Below, in pieces: positions 18,575 to 28,171 of a stretch of DNA of 64,000 bases (its first letter is position 1; every line of letters begins with the position of its first letter). The translations under genes were made by a program, and so were the position numbers. Source of the DNA: Bacteroidia bacterium (GTDB lineage: Bacteria; Bacteroidota; Bacteroidia; AKYH767-A; OLB10); assembly GCA_039931675.1 (NCBI GenBank), contig JBDTRM010000023.1, forward strand, positions 16,006-80,005. Reading direction: 5' to 3'. The notes below the pieces were generated by a model, which saw only the letters and a program-made list of their open reading frames with translations, did no database searches and was not told where the DNA came from.

Positions 18575-18964
18575 GGTTATGGTTTTTAGTTTGTAGTTGT
18601 GGTTTAAAAATGTTTTCGGTTTTAGTTCCAATGTATCGGGAGGGTTTGAAAAAACGTAATATAAAATACCAGCATGGATTAAAACTGAAAACTAAAATCA
18701 TAAACAAGATAATCAAAACCAGGAACCAATAACTAATAACAAATTACGTCATATTCACACCAATAAAGTTTCTTATATATTCGCGCACTTTCAGAAACGG
18801 TTTGTGGTTTTTAGTTTTTGGTCGTGGTTATAAAAAGTTAGCGGTTTAAGGCTGGAGTTTGAAATAGCGTTTAGTTTGATAAAAACTAAATATTAAATAT
18901 TGGCTTGAACAAAAACTGTAAACTAAAACTAATGACAAGAAAACTAAAACCAAAAACCAAAAAC
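18575..18964. repeat. two tandem ~170-bp elements, each a long imperfect inverted repeat (GT-rich arm / AC-rich arm)
   Basis: Element 1 ~18575-18743: 'ggtttttagtttgtagttgtggttt' ... 'aaaaccaggaaccaataactaa'. Element 2 ~18799-18964: 'gtggtttttagtttttggtcgtggtt' ... 'aactaaaaccaaaaaccaaaaacg'. The arms are reverse-complementary. Confidence 0.55.
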
Positions 18965-18974
18965 GAATAATAAA

Positions 18975-19382
18975 TTGTCTCGTCCCATTCGAATTTTAAT
19001 TGCAAAGGTTGGTCTTGATGGTCACGACCGCGGAGCTAAGGTAATAGCATCGTTTTTACGTGATGCAGGTATGGAAGTAATTTATACCGGCCTTCGCCAA
19101 ACGCCTGAAATGGTTGTAAACGCAGCCATCCAGGAAGATGTGGATGCTATTGGTGTGAGCATTCTTTCAGGAGCACACATGACAGTGTTTCCAAAAATCA
19201 TGAACCTCCTCAAAGAAAAAAATATCAATGACATACTCATTACAGGTGGAGGAATTATTCCCGATGCTGATATGGAAAAACTTTACCGGATAGGTGTTGG
19301 AAAATTATTTCCTCCCGGAACTGATACCAAAGAAATTGTTTCTTACATAAAAGAATGGGTTGAGAGCAATAGGAAATTTTAA
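18975..19382 (+). CDS. cobalamin (B12)-binding domain protein, methylmalonyl-CoA mutase C-terminal-domain-like
   Basis: '[32 protein letters not shown]...[11 protein letters not shown]' is the DxHxxG B12-binding motif. Start codon appears to be TTG at 18975. 135 aa, stand-alone domain. Confidence 0.7.
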   Translation: MSRPIRILIAKVGLDGHDRGAKVIASFLRDAGMEVIYTGLRQTPEMVVNAAIQEDVDAIGVSILSGAHMTVFPKIMNLLKEKNINDILITGGGIIPDADMEKLYRIGVGKLFPPGTDTKEIVSYIKEWVESNRKF

Positions 19383-19400
19383 ATCAAATGTAAATTAATA

Positions 19401-20180
19401 ATGAATTATCAAAACATCATCACGAAAAACGAAAACGGCATTTTAACGATTACAATTAATCGCCCAGAAAAATTAAATGCATTAAACGCCCAAACCCTTT
19501 CAGAGTTAGGCAATGCAATTACTGATTTGCAAACAGATGCAAATGTAAGAGTAGTAATACTTACCGGTGCCGGTGAAAAAGCTTTTGTAGCCGGTGCTGA
19601 TATTACTGAGTTTTCAGGATTGGATGTTAAGCAAGGCGCTCAGTTAGCACGGGCAGGGCAGGAAGTATTGAACATGTTTGAAAACAGCACCAAACCTGTT
19701 ATTGCAGCAGTTAATGGTTTTGCTTTAGGAGGAGGATGCGAACTTGCAATGGCATGTCATATTCGAATTGCAAGTGAAAATGCAAAGTTCGGACAACCGG
19801 AAGTAAAGTTAGGTTTAATACCGGGTTATGGCGGCACGCAACGGTTGGTAAGATATATTGGTAAAGCCAAAGCAATAGAACTTTTAATTACTGCCGATAT
19901 GTTAAGCGCTGCTGATGCATTAACATGGGGATTAGTCAACCACGTAGTTCCTGCTGCTGACCTGATCAGTAAGTGCGTTGAGATAGCAGAAAAAATAAAA
20001 CAACAGGCTCCGCTTGCAGTTGCTTCATGCCTGGTGTGTGCAAATGTTGCTAACGATGATACTAAAAATGGCTTCGATAAAGAGGTTGACGAATTTGGAA
20101 AATGTTTTGCAACTGCCGATGTGAAAGAAGGCACCTCTGCATTTACTGAAAAACGAAAAGCAGTGTTTATAGGAAAATAA
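19401..20180 (+). CDS. enoyl-CoA hydratase (crotonase family)
   Basis: 'ILTITINRPEKLNALN', 'FVAGADI' and 'AAVNGFALGGGCELAMACHIRIA' are crotonase signatures. Confidence 0.85.
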   Translation: MNYQNIITKNENGILTITINRPEKLNALNAQTLSELGNAITDLQTDANVRVVILTGAGEKAFVAGADITEFSGLDVKQGAQLARAGQEVLNMFENSTKPVIAAVNGFALGGGCELAMACHIRIASENAKFGQPEVKLGLIPGYGGTQRLVRYIGKAKAIELLITADMLSAADALTWGLVNHVVPAADLISKCVEIAEKIKQQAPLAVASCLVCANVANDDTKNGFDKEVDEFGKCFATADVKEGTSAFTEKRKAVFIGK

Positions 20181-20222
20181 CCTGTTCCGCTTTCAGAATT
20201 TTTTTCAAAAATTTTTATTGCA

Positions 20223-20495
20223 ATGAAAAAACAAATTCAAATAAAAATAACCGGTAATGTTCAGGGAGTTTTCTTTCGGAATTATGCTTTGGAAAAAGCA
20301 GTTAAATCAGGTATAAAGGGATTTGTGAAAAACATGCCTGATGGTGAGGTTTATATCGAAGCTTATGGCGATGATGATGTGCTGAGTCTCTTTATTGACT
20401 GGTGTTACACTGGCTCACCAAAAGCACAAGTTGAAAATGTTGAGGTTAAAGAAATGAATGAGATTTCAAATTTTTCTCGTTTTGAAATCCGTTAG
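20223..20495 (+). CDS. acyP: acylphosphatase
   Basis: 'IKITGNVQGVFFRNYA' and 'GFVKNMPDGEVYIEAYG' are acylphosphatase signatures. 90 aa. Confidence 0.8.
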   Translation: MKKQIQIKITGNVQGVFFRNYALEKAVKSGIKGFVKNMPDGEVYIEAYGDDDVLSLFIDWCYTGSPKAQVENVEVKEMNEISNFSRFEIR

Positions 20496-20565
20496 TTTAG
20501 TAGTAACACGAATCTATGCAGCAAACGGGACAAATCAGCACATTATATTAGCATTAAAAAACCTT

Positions 20566-20585
20566 ATCCCGATAGCTATCGGGAT
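20566..20585. terminator. perfect palindromic hairpin atcccgatagctatcgggat
   Basis: 9-bp stem located 70 nt after the acyP stop. No clear U-tract. Confidence 0.3.
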
Positions 20586-20599
20586 TCTGAAACCTTAGT

Positions 20600-20716
20600 A
20601 GAAAATTGCAACCCGTTAAGGCAACCTTATCACCTTATTTTCATAAGAATATAAAAAGAAGGTAATAAGGTTTTGCAATTTGTGTTATAGTTTTCTACTA
20701 AGGTTTAAATTACAAT
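20600..20716. repeat. double-hairpin palindromic element, copy 1
   Basis: Outer inverted repeat aaccttagtagaaa / tttctactaaggtt. Inner inverted repeat ccttatcacctta / aggtaataaggtt. Variable loops. Copy 2 at 62807-62914. Confidence 0.7.
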
Positions 20717-20879
20717 CTAAGGTTAAATCAGTTGTATAAATTTATCCCGTTTCAAGTATAAATCGTGCCACCACTTACGAACATTTGTTGTTTAAAAATC
20801 ATTCACAAATTATTTTTCATGACGGATTCTATATAGTGCATTATTTACTTTTGGAGTACAAACTCCAAAACAAATAATT

Positions 20880-23675
20880 ATGCGCAAAATTTATTTACTA
20901 CTCGCCATTCTTTTAAGTTTAACTACCGTAACCTGGTCGCAGGTAAAAGTCACAGGTACAGTAAAAGATGCTAAGGGCAGCGGTTTGCCCGGTGTAACAG
21001 TTGTTGAAAAAGGTACCAGCAATGGTACTTCTACAAAAAACGATGGAACCTATAGCCTAACAGTGCCAGGCAATGATGCAATGTTAGTGTTCTCTTACAT
21101 TGGTTATCAAAAACAAGAAATTAAAGCAAGTGATGCAGGTTCAGTAACATTAACGGAAGATGCAGTTAACATTTCTGATGTGGTAATTGTTGGCTCGCGC
21201 AGAGCAGGTCGCGTAAAAACAGAAACACCTGTACCTGTTGATGTTATAAGTGTAAGCCAGGTATCGGCAACCACAGGCAGGGGCAGTGTAACTGCGCTTT
21301 TAAATTACTCGGCCCCATCATTAAACTTCAATAAGCAAAGTGGTTCTGATGGCGCTGACCATATTGACCTTGCAACATTACGTGGATTAGGACCTGATCA
21401 GACTTTGGTTTTGATCAATGGAAAACGCAGGCATCAAACGGCATTCGTATCAGTGTTTGGAACACGCGGTCGCGGAAACTCAGGAACTGACATGAGCGCA
21501 ATTCCTGCATCAGCAATTGATCGTGTTGAAATTTTACGTGACGGAGCTTCAGCACAGTATGGTTCTGATGCCATAGCAGGCGTAATAAATCTTGTACTCA
21601 AAAGAGATGTGAAAGTATTTACAGGTGATTTAAGTTACGGTGGTTATTCAGACAAAGATTTTAATCCATCATTCGATAAAAGTTTCGGGCAGTATGAAAC
21701 GGGAGATAAATTTGACGGACAAACAATTAATTTCAATGGCAATTATGGTGTGCCGCTTGGAAAGAAAGATGGATTCATAAATTTTTCTGTAAACGTAATG
21801 AACCAGACTAAAACTTTTCGCCAGGTATTAGACACTTCAAATCTTTTTACTAATGATGATGCGTTACCCATCAATCCTTATCGCAGGGCGAATGGCGATG
21901 GTTCGGTTACTGCGGGTGGAGGTTTTATAAATCTTGAATTACCTTGCGGAAGCGGGAATACCAAGGTTTACGCTTTTGGCGGATATAATTACAGTTCAAG
22001 TGATGCATTTGCATTTACAAGGAACTGGTCAGCTCGTCCGGAGCGCTTTCCAACAGATCCTAATGGTAATTTAATTTTTGTTGATGGCATCATGCATACA
22101 ACACCTGAGAATGTTGACCAGGGAATTCCCGCAGATACTTTTTTTAATCCCCACATTCAAACGCATGTGAGCGATGGTTCGCTTGCAGTTGGAGTAAATG
22201 GAAGAACAATGTCAAACTGGAATTGGGACGTAAGCAATAATACAGGCCGTAATGATTTTCATTTTTATGGTGATAAAACTTTTAATGCATCGCTTGGTTC
22301 AGGAAAGACTCATTTTGATGACGGGGGATTTTCTTTTCTGCAAAATACAACCAACGTTAACTTCACTAAGGAAATTGGAAATATAGCACAAGGTTTCAAC
22401 CTCGCTTTAGGTGCAGAATACAGAATGGAGAAGTATGAACTTTATGCAGGCGAAGAAGCATCGTATAAAAATTATGATACCAGTGGTGTGAAAGCAACAG
22501 GTGCGCAAGGCTTTCCCGGTTATCAGCCGGCAGATGAAGTTACTGACAATCGTTCAACAGTTGGTGTATATATAGATGCTGAATTAGACATTACAAAAAA
22601 ATGGTTGATAACCGGTGCTATACGCGCAGAAAATTACAGCGACTTTGGTTTTACTGTGAATGAAAAATTCAGCACACGTTATAAAGTGGCTGATAACTTT
22701 AGCATCAGAGGATCAGTAAGCACAGGTTTCCGAGCACCATCCTTACAACAGATTAATTTCAGCTCCACATTTACAACTGTGCAGGGCGCTACAGTGGCCG
22801 AAGTAAAGATTGCTCCTAATTATAGTGAAATTACAAAATCAGCCGGAATCCCTGAACTCACAGAAGAGAAATCAGTAAATGCAGGAATAGGATTTACGTA
22901 TAGCCCTGTTAAAAATTTCAACATAACCGTTGACGCCTATACGGTAATGGTTAAAGACAGGGTTGTACTCTCAGGACAGTTTGATGCAAGCGATGCAACA
23001 CTCGATACAAATTTTACTAATACATTAAATGCGCTGAGTGTTGCGTATGCACAATTTTTTGCAAATGCAGTAAATACTACCAACAACGGAGTTGACATTG
23101 TTCTGGAATATAAAAAGGTAACAGAGAATAATTCATTCCGTGCAACATTAGCAGGTAACATTCAAAAAATGACTATTGATTCAATAAATGTTCCTGAAAA
23201 ATTAAATGACACTGAATTGCACCGCAAAACTTTTTTAAGCGATCGCGAGCAGGCATTTATACTTGCATCGGCACCCAAAAGTAAATTTTCGTTAAGCTTA
23301 GAATATGGAATTAAAAAATTAAGTGTTGGATTACGCTTTACTTATTTTGGAGATGTAACCTTGCTTGGCTATGGTGAAGACGCACTTGGTATTGATCCGC
23401 AAGTGCCCACCGATTTAAACGACACCGTTTATGTACCTGATAAATATGATTACAGTGGCAAATTAGTAACCGATTTATTTATCACTTACAAAATCACAAA
23501 AGGAATTACTTTATGCGTTGGCTCTGATAATATTTTTGGAATTCATCCCGATTTTGGGGCAGTAAAAAGTGCAAAAGGCTGGGCATACAATAACGAACCT
23601 GCCGGACCATGGGATGCAGTTCAGATGGGCGGTAATGGGAGATACATTTATGCAAAGCTTGGTTTAAAGTTTTAA
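20880..23675 (+). CDS. TonB-dependent outer-membrane receptor
   Basis: 931 aa. Signal peptide, then N-terminal CarboxypepD_reg-like segment (VKVTGTVKDAKGSGLPGVTVV). Plug motifs (DVISVSQ..., 'TLVLINGKRR', 'IDRVEILRDGASAQYGSDAIAGVINLV'). C-terminal ...KLGLKF. Confidence 0.85.
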   Translation: MRKIYLLLAILLSLTTVTWSQVKVTGTVKDAKGSGLPGVTVVEKGTSNGTSTKNDGTYSLTVPGNDAMLVFSYIGYQKQEIKASDAGSVTLTEDAVNISDVVIVGSRRAGRVKTETPVPVDVISVSQVSATTGRGSVTALLNYSAPSLNFNKQSGSDGADHIDLATLRGLGPDQTLVLINGKRRHQTAFVSVFGTRGRGNSGTDMSAIPASAIDRVEILRDGASAQYGSDAIAGVINLVLKRDVKVFTGDLSYGGYSDKDFNPSFDKSFGQYETGDKFDGQTINFNGNYGVPLGKKDGFINFSVNVMNQTKTFRQVLDTSNLFTNDDALPINPYRRANGDGSVTAGGGFINLELPCGSGNTKVYAFGGYNYSSSDAFAFTRNWSARPERFPTDPNGNLIFVDGIMHTTPENVDQGIPADTFFNPHIQTHVSDGSLAVGVNGRTMSNWNWDVSNNTGRNDFHFYGDKTFNASLGSGKTHFDDGGFSFLQNTTNVNFTKEIGNIAQGFNLALGAEYRMEKYELYAGEEASYKNYDTSGVKATGAQGFPGYQPADEVTDNRSTVGVYIDAELDITKKWLITGAIRAENYSDFGFTVNEKFSTRYKVADNFSIRGSVSTGFRAPSLQQINFSSTFTTVQGATVAEVKIAPNYSEITKSAGIPELTEEKSVNAGIGFTYSPVKNFNITVDAYTVMVKDRVVLSGQFDASDATLDTNFTNTLNALSVAYAQFFANAVNTTNNGVDIVLEYKKVTENNSFRATLAGNIQKMTIDSINVPEKLNDTELHRKTFLSDREQAFILASAPKSKFSLSLEYGIKKLSVGLRFTYFGDVTLLGYGEDALGIDPQVPTDLNDTVYVPDKYDYSGKLVTDLFITYKITKGITLCVGSDNIFGIHPDFGAVKSAKGWAYNNEPAGPWDAVQMGGNGRYIYAKLGLKF

Positions 23676-23698
23676 TGAATTTTAATCTTCAAACTAAA

Positions 23699-23737
23699 GG
23701 AGGCTGTTCTCGACTTTTGAGACAGCCTCTTTTTGAT
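23699..23737 (+). terminator. rho-independent terminator
   Basis: 'aggaggctgttctcgacttttgagacagcctctttttg': GC stem plus U-tract 25 nt after the receptor stop. Confidence 0.65.
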
Positions 23738-23937
23738 GAATGCGCTGTTATAAATGTACATGTTAAGTACTTATCACATTTTGAAACAATTATTAACAAA
23801 TAAAAATAAGCTAAAACACAGTTTATTGGACCTGTTAGTTTAAAGTCAACTATTATCTGAGTCAGCGATTTTTTTTTTGGGAAATAAAATTTTAATTATC
23901 ATATTGCAGTCACAAACAATTTAAACATTTAAACACT

Positions 23938-24570
23938 ATGAGAAGAACACCTAAATTTATTGCCTTGGCAATCACATCTGTGATGCTGGCAATCCAGGCA
24001 CATGCGCAATCTTTTGAAGAAGGCACTAACATTATTTCTGTCGGATATGGATTTCCGAATCTCGCTAAATCTTACTTTTCCGTGTGGGATGATGCTAACC
24101 TTTATGATAGATCCTCTTTAGGAGGATTTGGCCCCCTGCACTTAAAGTTCGAACATGCTCTGAATGAAAAATTCGGAATCGGCCTAAGCCTGAACCTTGT
24201 GTCGGCAAATGGAAAATACAGTTATGAATCTTATAATAATAACGGAGTGCTAACTGATTACACAGATGAATTTTCAATGTCCGGATGGAGTGCACTGGCA
24301 AGATTAAACTGGCATTTCTTTAATTCCGATAAATTTGATCCATACTGGGGTTTTGGCATTGGATACAGATCGGCTAAATGGAAATATACTTATGGCGATC
24401 CGGACTATTCCACTGAAAACATTACAGCAAAAACACTGATTCCTTTAGGATTTGAAATTACAATTGGTGCACGATATTACGTTGCAGAAAATATAGGTAT
24501 TTATGCAGAAACAGGACTGGCCAAATCTATTATTCAATTTGGGGTTTCCTATAAATTTGGAACAAAATAA
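23938..24570 (+). CDS. outer-membrane beta-barrel protein (OmpA-like barrel / porin-family)
   Basis: 210 aa. Signal peptide. Alternating hydrophobic pattern with aromatic girdle residues. Ends GVSYKFGTK. Confidence 0.5.
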   Translation: MRRTPKFIALAITSVMLAIQAHAQSFEEGTNIISVGYGFPNLAKSYFSVWDDANLYDRSSLGGFGPLHLKFEHALNEKFGIGLSLNLVSANGKYSYESYNNNGVLTDYTDEFSMSGWSALARLNWHFFNSDKFDPYWGFGIGYRSAKWKYTYGDPDYSTENITAKTLIPLGFEITIGARYYVAENIGIYAETGLAKSIIQFGVSYKFGTK

Positions 24571-24777
24571 TATTCTGACACCTTACTCCGGGGCATATAA
24601 ATATCACTATCTACAATCATTTATGATATCAACCGGAGGAGAAAGTGAGCGATGCTGATTGATAGCACGCCAAAAATAAGGTTGATGCATATAGAATAAT
24701 AAAAAGTCCGCAACATTTGCGGGCTTTTCTGTTTTTTGGCCTTATGAGATGTTAGCTTATTAGAATTATTATCCTTT

Positions 24778-25809
24778 TTATGGTGATGTTTTTTTAAATT
24801 TTTGAATTCTGTTACCAAGAATATCGCCAACATAAATGCTCCCTTCATTATCAATTGCAACATCATGATACCTGCATACAGTACCATCATATAAACCGCT
24901 TCTTCCAATTAACGTGGTATGCTGTTTTGTTGAATCAAAAATGATAATGTTTGAGCCTTTTGGAATTGCCATCATTGTAAGATAATCAATTGCAACTAAG
25001 TTGTTTTTGGACTTGTCAATTGCAAGCGAATACATTTTTCCAAAACTATCACTACTCCATTCATTCAGAAATTTTCCGTTAAAATCAAATTGCTGAATCC
25101 GGTTATTTTCTCTATCTGCTACATATACGTTTCCTTTTGCATCAACATCAATTCCATGAGGTAAATTAAACTCTCCAGGCTTATCACCTTTGCTTCCCCA
25201 TTCAAATAAATATTTACCTGTTGATGAAAACTTTACAATCCTGTTGTTGCCATATCCATCGCTAACATAAAATGAACCATCAACGGCAACAGCAACATCG
25301 GTAGGAAGATTAAAATGTGTTGAATCATTGCCTGCAACTTTTGCCTCACCTAATTTCATCAGTAGTTTTCCATCATGATTGAATTTAAAAACCTGCTGCA
25401 ATGCCACATCGGTAACCCATATATTATTGTTCTTGTCAACAGTTAAGCCATGTGGCATAATAAAAAAATCAGCGCCCCAACTGTTTAATATTTTTCCGGA
25501 ATTCCTATCTAACATCAAAACAGTTTTTGCAGAAATGGTGGAATCAGGCATTGGTTCACTCCATGCACGACCTGCCCTTATAAAAACAAAAATATTTTGA
25601 TTGGTATCAATGCCAATTCCTGTTGGATTGCCTAACACAAATCCATTTGGCAATTGCGGCCAGTTTTTAATCAGTTTATATTTACTGATACCGGTAACAT
25701 CCTTATCAACAATTCGTTTGTCGAAGTTGCTACATCCAATAAGTCCATAAAAAGAAAATAAACATCCGATTGCAGGAAAAATAAAAACTATTATTCTCCG
25801 TAGATTCAT
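24778..25809 (-). CDS. NHL-repeat beta-propeller protein
   Basis: Repeated 'P.G...D..GN.YV.D..N.RI..F' blocks (e.g. NLPHGIDVDAKGNVYVADRENNRIQQF). Signal/lipobox LIGCSN. Start overlaps the upstream gene stop (TGATG). Confidence 0.6.
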   Translation of the reverse strand: MNLRRIIVFIFPAIGCLFSFYGLIGCSNFDKRIVDKDVTGISKYKLIKNWPQLPNGFVLGNPTGIGIDTNQNIFVFIRAGRAWSEPMPDSTISAKTVLMLDRNSGKILNSWGADFFIMPHGLTVDKNNNIWVTDVALQQVFKFNHDGKLLMKLGEAKVAGNDSTHFNLPTDVAVAVDGSFYVSDGYGNNRIVKFSSTGKYLFEWGSKGDKPGEFNLPHGIDVDAKGNVYVADRENNRIQQFDFNGKFLNEWSSDSFGKMYSLAIDKSKNNLVAIDYLTMMAIPKGSNIIIFDSTKQHTTLIGRSGLYDGTVCRYHDVAIDNEGSIYVGDILGNRIQKFKKTSP

Positions 25810-28001
25810 CAGTTAACCAATTTCATTTCTTTTATCAAATGACCTGCACCGCCTAATTTATCAATGATGAATAACACATAGCGTATATCAACATTAATGC
25901 AGCGTTTTAATTTAGGATCGTAATAAATATCACCACTCATGGCTTCCCAGTTACCATCGAATGCAAGTCCGATTAATTCACCTTTTGAATTTAAAATTCC
26001 GCTGCCGCTGTTACCGCCAGTAATATCATTGTTCGAAATAAAACCAACCTTCATAACTCCATTTTCAGCATAAGGGCCGTAATCTTTTTTCTTCCACAAC
26101 TCCACTAATTTATCAGGCACTGCATAATCAGGATTTTCGGGATCCATTTTTTCCATAATACCATCCAACGTGGTGTAGTAATTATATGACATCCCATCAG
26201 CAGGTATATAATCTTTAATCGAACCATAAGTTAAGCGCATAGTGCTGTTAGCATCGGGATAGAAATTTTTGTCAGGACTCATTTCGCGTAAACCGGCTAT
26301 CCATAGTCGTTGCAGCCTTGATAATTTAAGATCGGCAGCCGAAGCTTTTGGTGACCAGTTCGTTCTGTAATTGTTGATGATTGAAGATGCAATAATATAT
26401 GCATCGTCTTTTTTTAATTTTTTAAGTTTAGGATCATCTAAAAATGCCAGTACTTTTTCTTTGGATGAAAACATGGATTCTTCAAACAATTCATCAGCCC
26501 ATTTTTCATAGCTGCCTTTGTTTTCTTTCAATTCTTCATCTATGATTGATGATTGCTGTTCAGCAGGAACTTTATCATGATAGATTTTAATTAATGCAGC
26601 AAATAATTTCCTGTCAACATTTGCATCGTAATTTTTAAAATACTCATCAACTTCTTTTCTTAACTCATCTGTGGCCTGTTTAATTTCTTCGGGCTTTGCT
26701 TCCTTATTTTCTAACAATTTTGCAAGACCATCATAACCATAAGCATAAAACAGAATTTCAGATCCTTGCCCGATAGCTTCATTTAAGCAGGTTCGTGATA
26801 AAGCATATTTACGCGCTTCGGCATAAGCAGCAGCAATGTCATTTAACAATGTTCCATACTTTGCCTTGTGGCCTGCATCGGCATTAACCCATTTTGTAAA
26901 TTGATTTTCAAGATCAAGTTTGGTTTCTACAACATGATTGCGTTTCAACTGTTTGGTTTGGCCAATAAAATATTTCCAGTAGTTTGAAGAAAGATTATGT
27001 TTTTCCTGGTACTGAATTCTCACTTTGGCATCAGCTTCCATAGCTGCATTCATAATATCAAGTTTCTTTGTTCTGATATCAACGGTTGTTGGATTGGTTA
27101 ATTCAATAGTCATTTTAATTCCTTCGCTTGTTGCAAAGCGGTCAGTGCGACCGGGAAAACCTATAATCATAGAGAAATCATCTTGCTTAACTCCATTCAT
27201 TGAAATTGGCAAATACGATTTAGGTTTATAGGCAACGTTATCCTTTGAATATTCAGCAGGGTTGTTGTCTTTATTTGCATAAATACGAAACATGCTGAAA
27301 TCTCCGGTATGACGTGGCCATATCCAGTTATCCGTATCACCGCCAAAATTACCGACTGCATAAGGTGGAGTCCCAACCAAACGTATGTCGCGATAAATTT
27401 CGTAAACGAATAAATAAAACTCGCTGCCTTTGTAAAAGCCTTTAACGTCTGCCGTATAGGTTGTTCCCTCTGTTGCTTTTTTTGTTATTGCAGGAATTGC
27501 TTTTAGAATAGCTGAATTTCGTGCGGCTTCACTCATAGTATCACTAAGATTTTTCAAAATGTCCTGCGATACATCTTCCATGCGAATCAGAAAACGAACA
27601 CCAAGCCCTTCATTCGGAAGTTCCTGTTCGCGGTTCATTGCCCAATAACCATTTTTAAGATAATCATGGTCAACAGAGCTGTGACTTTGTACAGCATCCA
27701 ATCCGCAGTGATGATTGGTAATCATCAAACCCTGATCAGAAATAACTTCGGCTGTGCAAAAACCACCGAAAGAGTTTCCGCTCACAGTGCCCATCTGAAC
27801 AATAGCATCTTTAACGCACGACTTATTAATATTATAAATGTCATCAGCAGAAAGTTTAAGACCTTTGCCTTGCATTTCGGCCTCGTTAATCTGTTTGAGT
27901 TTATTGAGCAGCCACATGCCTTCGTCAGCACGTGTTACAGAAGTGCTTATTAAAAAAGCAATAACAAACAGTGAAATAATTTTTCGTGAAAGAGTTTTCA
28001 T
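25809..28001 (-). CDS. S46-family dipeptidyl-peptidase (DPP7/DPP11-like)
   Basis: The mature N-terminus 'ADEGMWLLNKL' after the signal peptide is the S46 hallmark. 'ITNHHCG' catalytic His region. 'GGNSGSGILN' Ser region near the C-terminus. 730 aa. Confidence 0.8.
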   Translation of the reverse strand: MKTLSRKIISLFVIAFLISTSVTRADEGMWLLNKLKQINEAEMQGKGLKLSADDIYNINKSCVKDAIVQMGTVSGNSFGGFCTAEVISDQGLMITNHHCGLDAVQSHSSVDHDYLKNGYWAMNREQELPNEGLGVRFLIRMEDVSQDILKNLSDTMSEAARNSAILKAIPAITKKATEGTTYTADVKGFYKGSEFYLFVYEIYRDIRLVGTPPYAVGNFGGDTDNWIWPRHTGDFSMFRIYANKDNNPAEYSKDNVAYKPKSYLPISMNGVKQDDFSMIIGFPGRTDRFATSEGIKMTIELTNPTTVDIRTKKLDIMNAAMEADAKVRIQYQEKHNLSSNYWKYFIGQTKQLKRNHVVETKLDLENQFTKWVNADAGHKAKYGTLLNDIAAAYAEARKYALSRTCLNEAIGQGSEILFYAYGYDGLAKLLENKEAKPEEIKQATDELRKEVDEYFKNYDANVDRKLFAALIKIYHDKVPAEQQSSIIDEELKENKGSYEKWADELFEESMFSSKEKVLAFLDDPKLKKLKKDDAYIIASSIINNYRTNWSPKASAADLKLSRLQRLWIAGLREMSPDKNFYPDANSTMRLTYGSIKDYIPADGMSYNYYTTLDGIMEKMDPENPDYAVPDKLVELWKKKDYGPYAENGVMKVGFISNNDITGGNSGSGILNSKGELIGLAFDGNWEAMSGDIYYDPKLKRCINVDIRYVLFIIDKLGGAGHLIKEMKLVN

Positions 28002-28171
28002 GTTTTATTTTTTAAAAAAGGATTGCAAAGAAAACTTTTTTAGTGATTGTGATTGAGGACGATTGGTTAAGGGGGTGTTAATTACAAGCCTGTTAGCTCG
28101 TTCATGTCAGCTGCTATTACTAATAATAAAAATATTAAGGCTGCGTTAAGAAGTAACAAATTCCACACTGA

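Noticed and set aside
15982-18631. Several short ORFs on both strands inside the histidine kinase gene (15982..16206, 16040..16282, 16522..16749, 17746..18177, 18349..18631)
   Set aside because: Embedded in a continuous 1247-aa ORF with clear HisKA and HATPase motifs.
18575-18975. Cobalamin riboswitch upstream of the B12-binding-domain gene
   Set aside because: No B12-box-like conserved core (e.g. gccactg) is present. The structure is two duplicated long hairpins rather than the multi-stem riboswitch.
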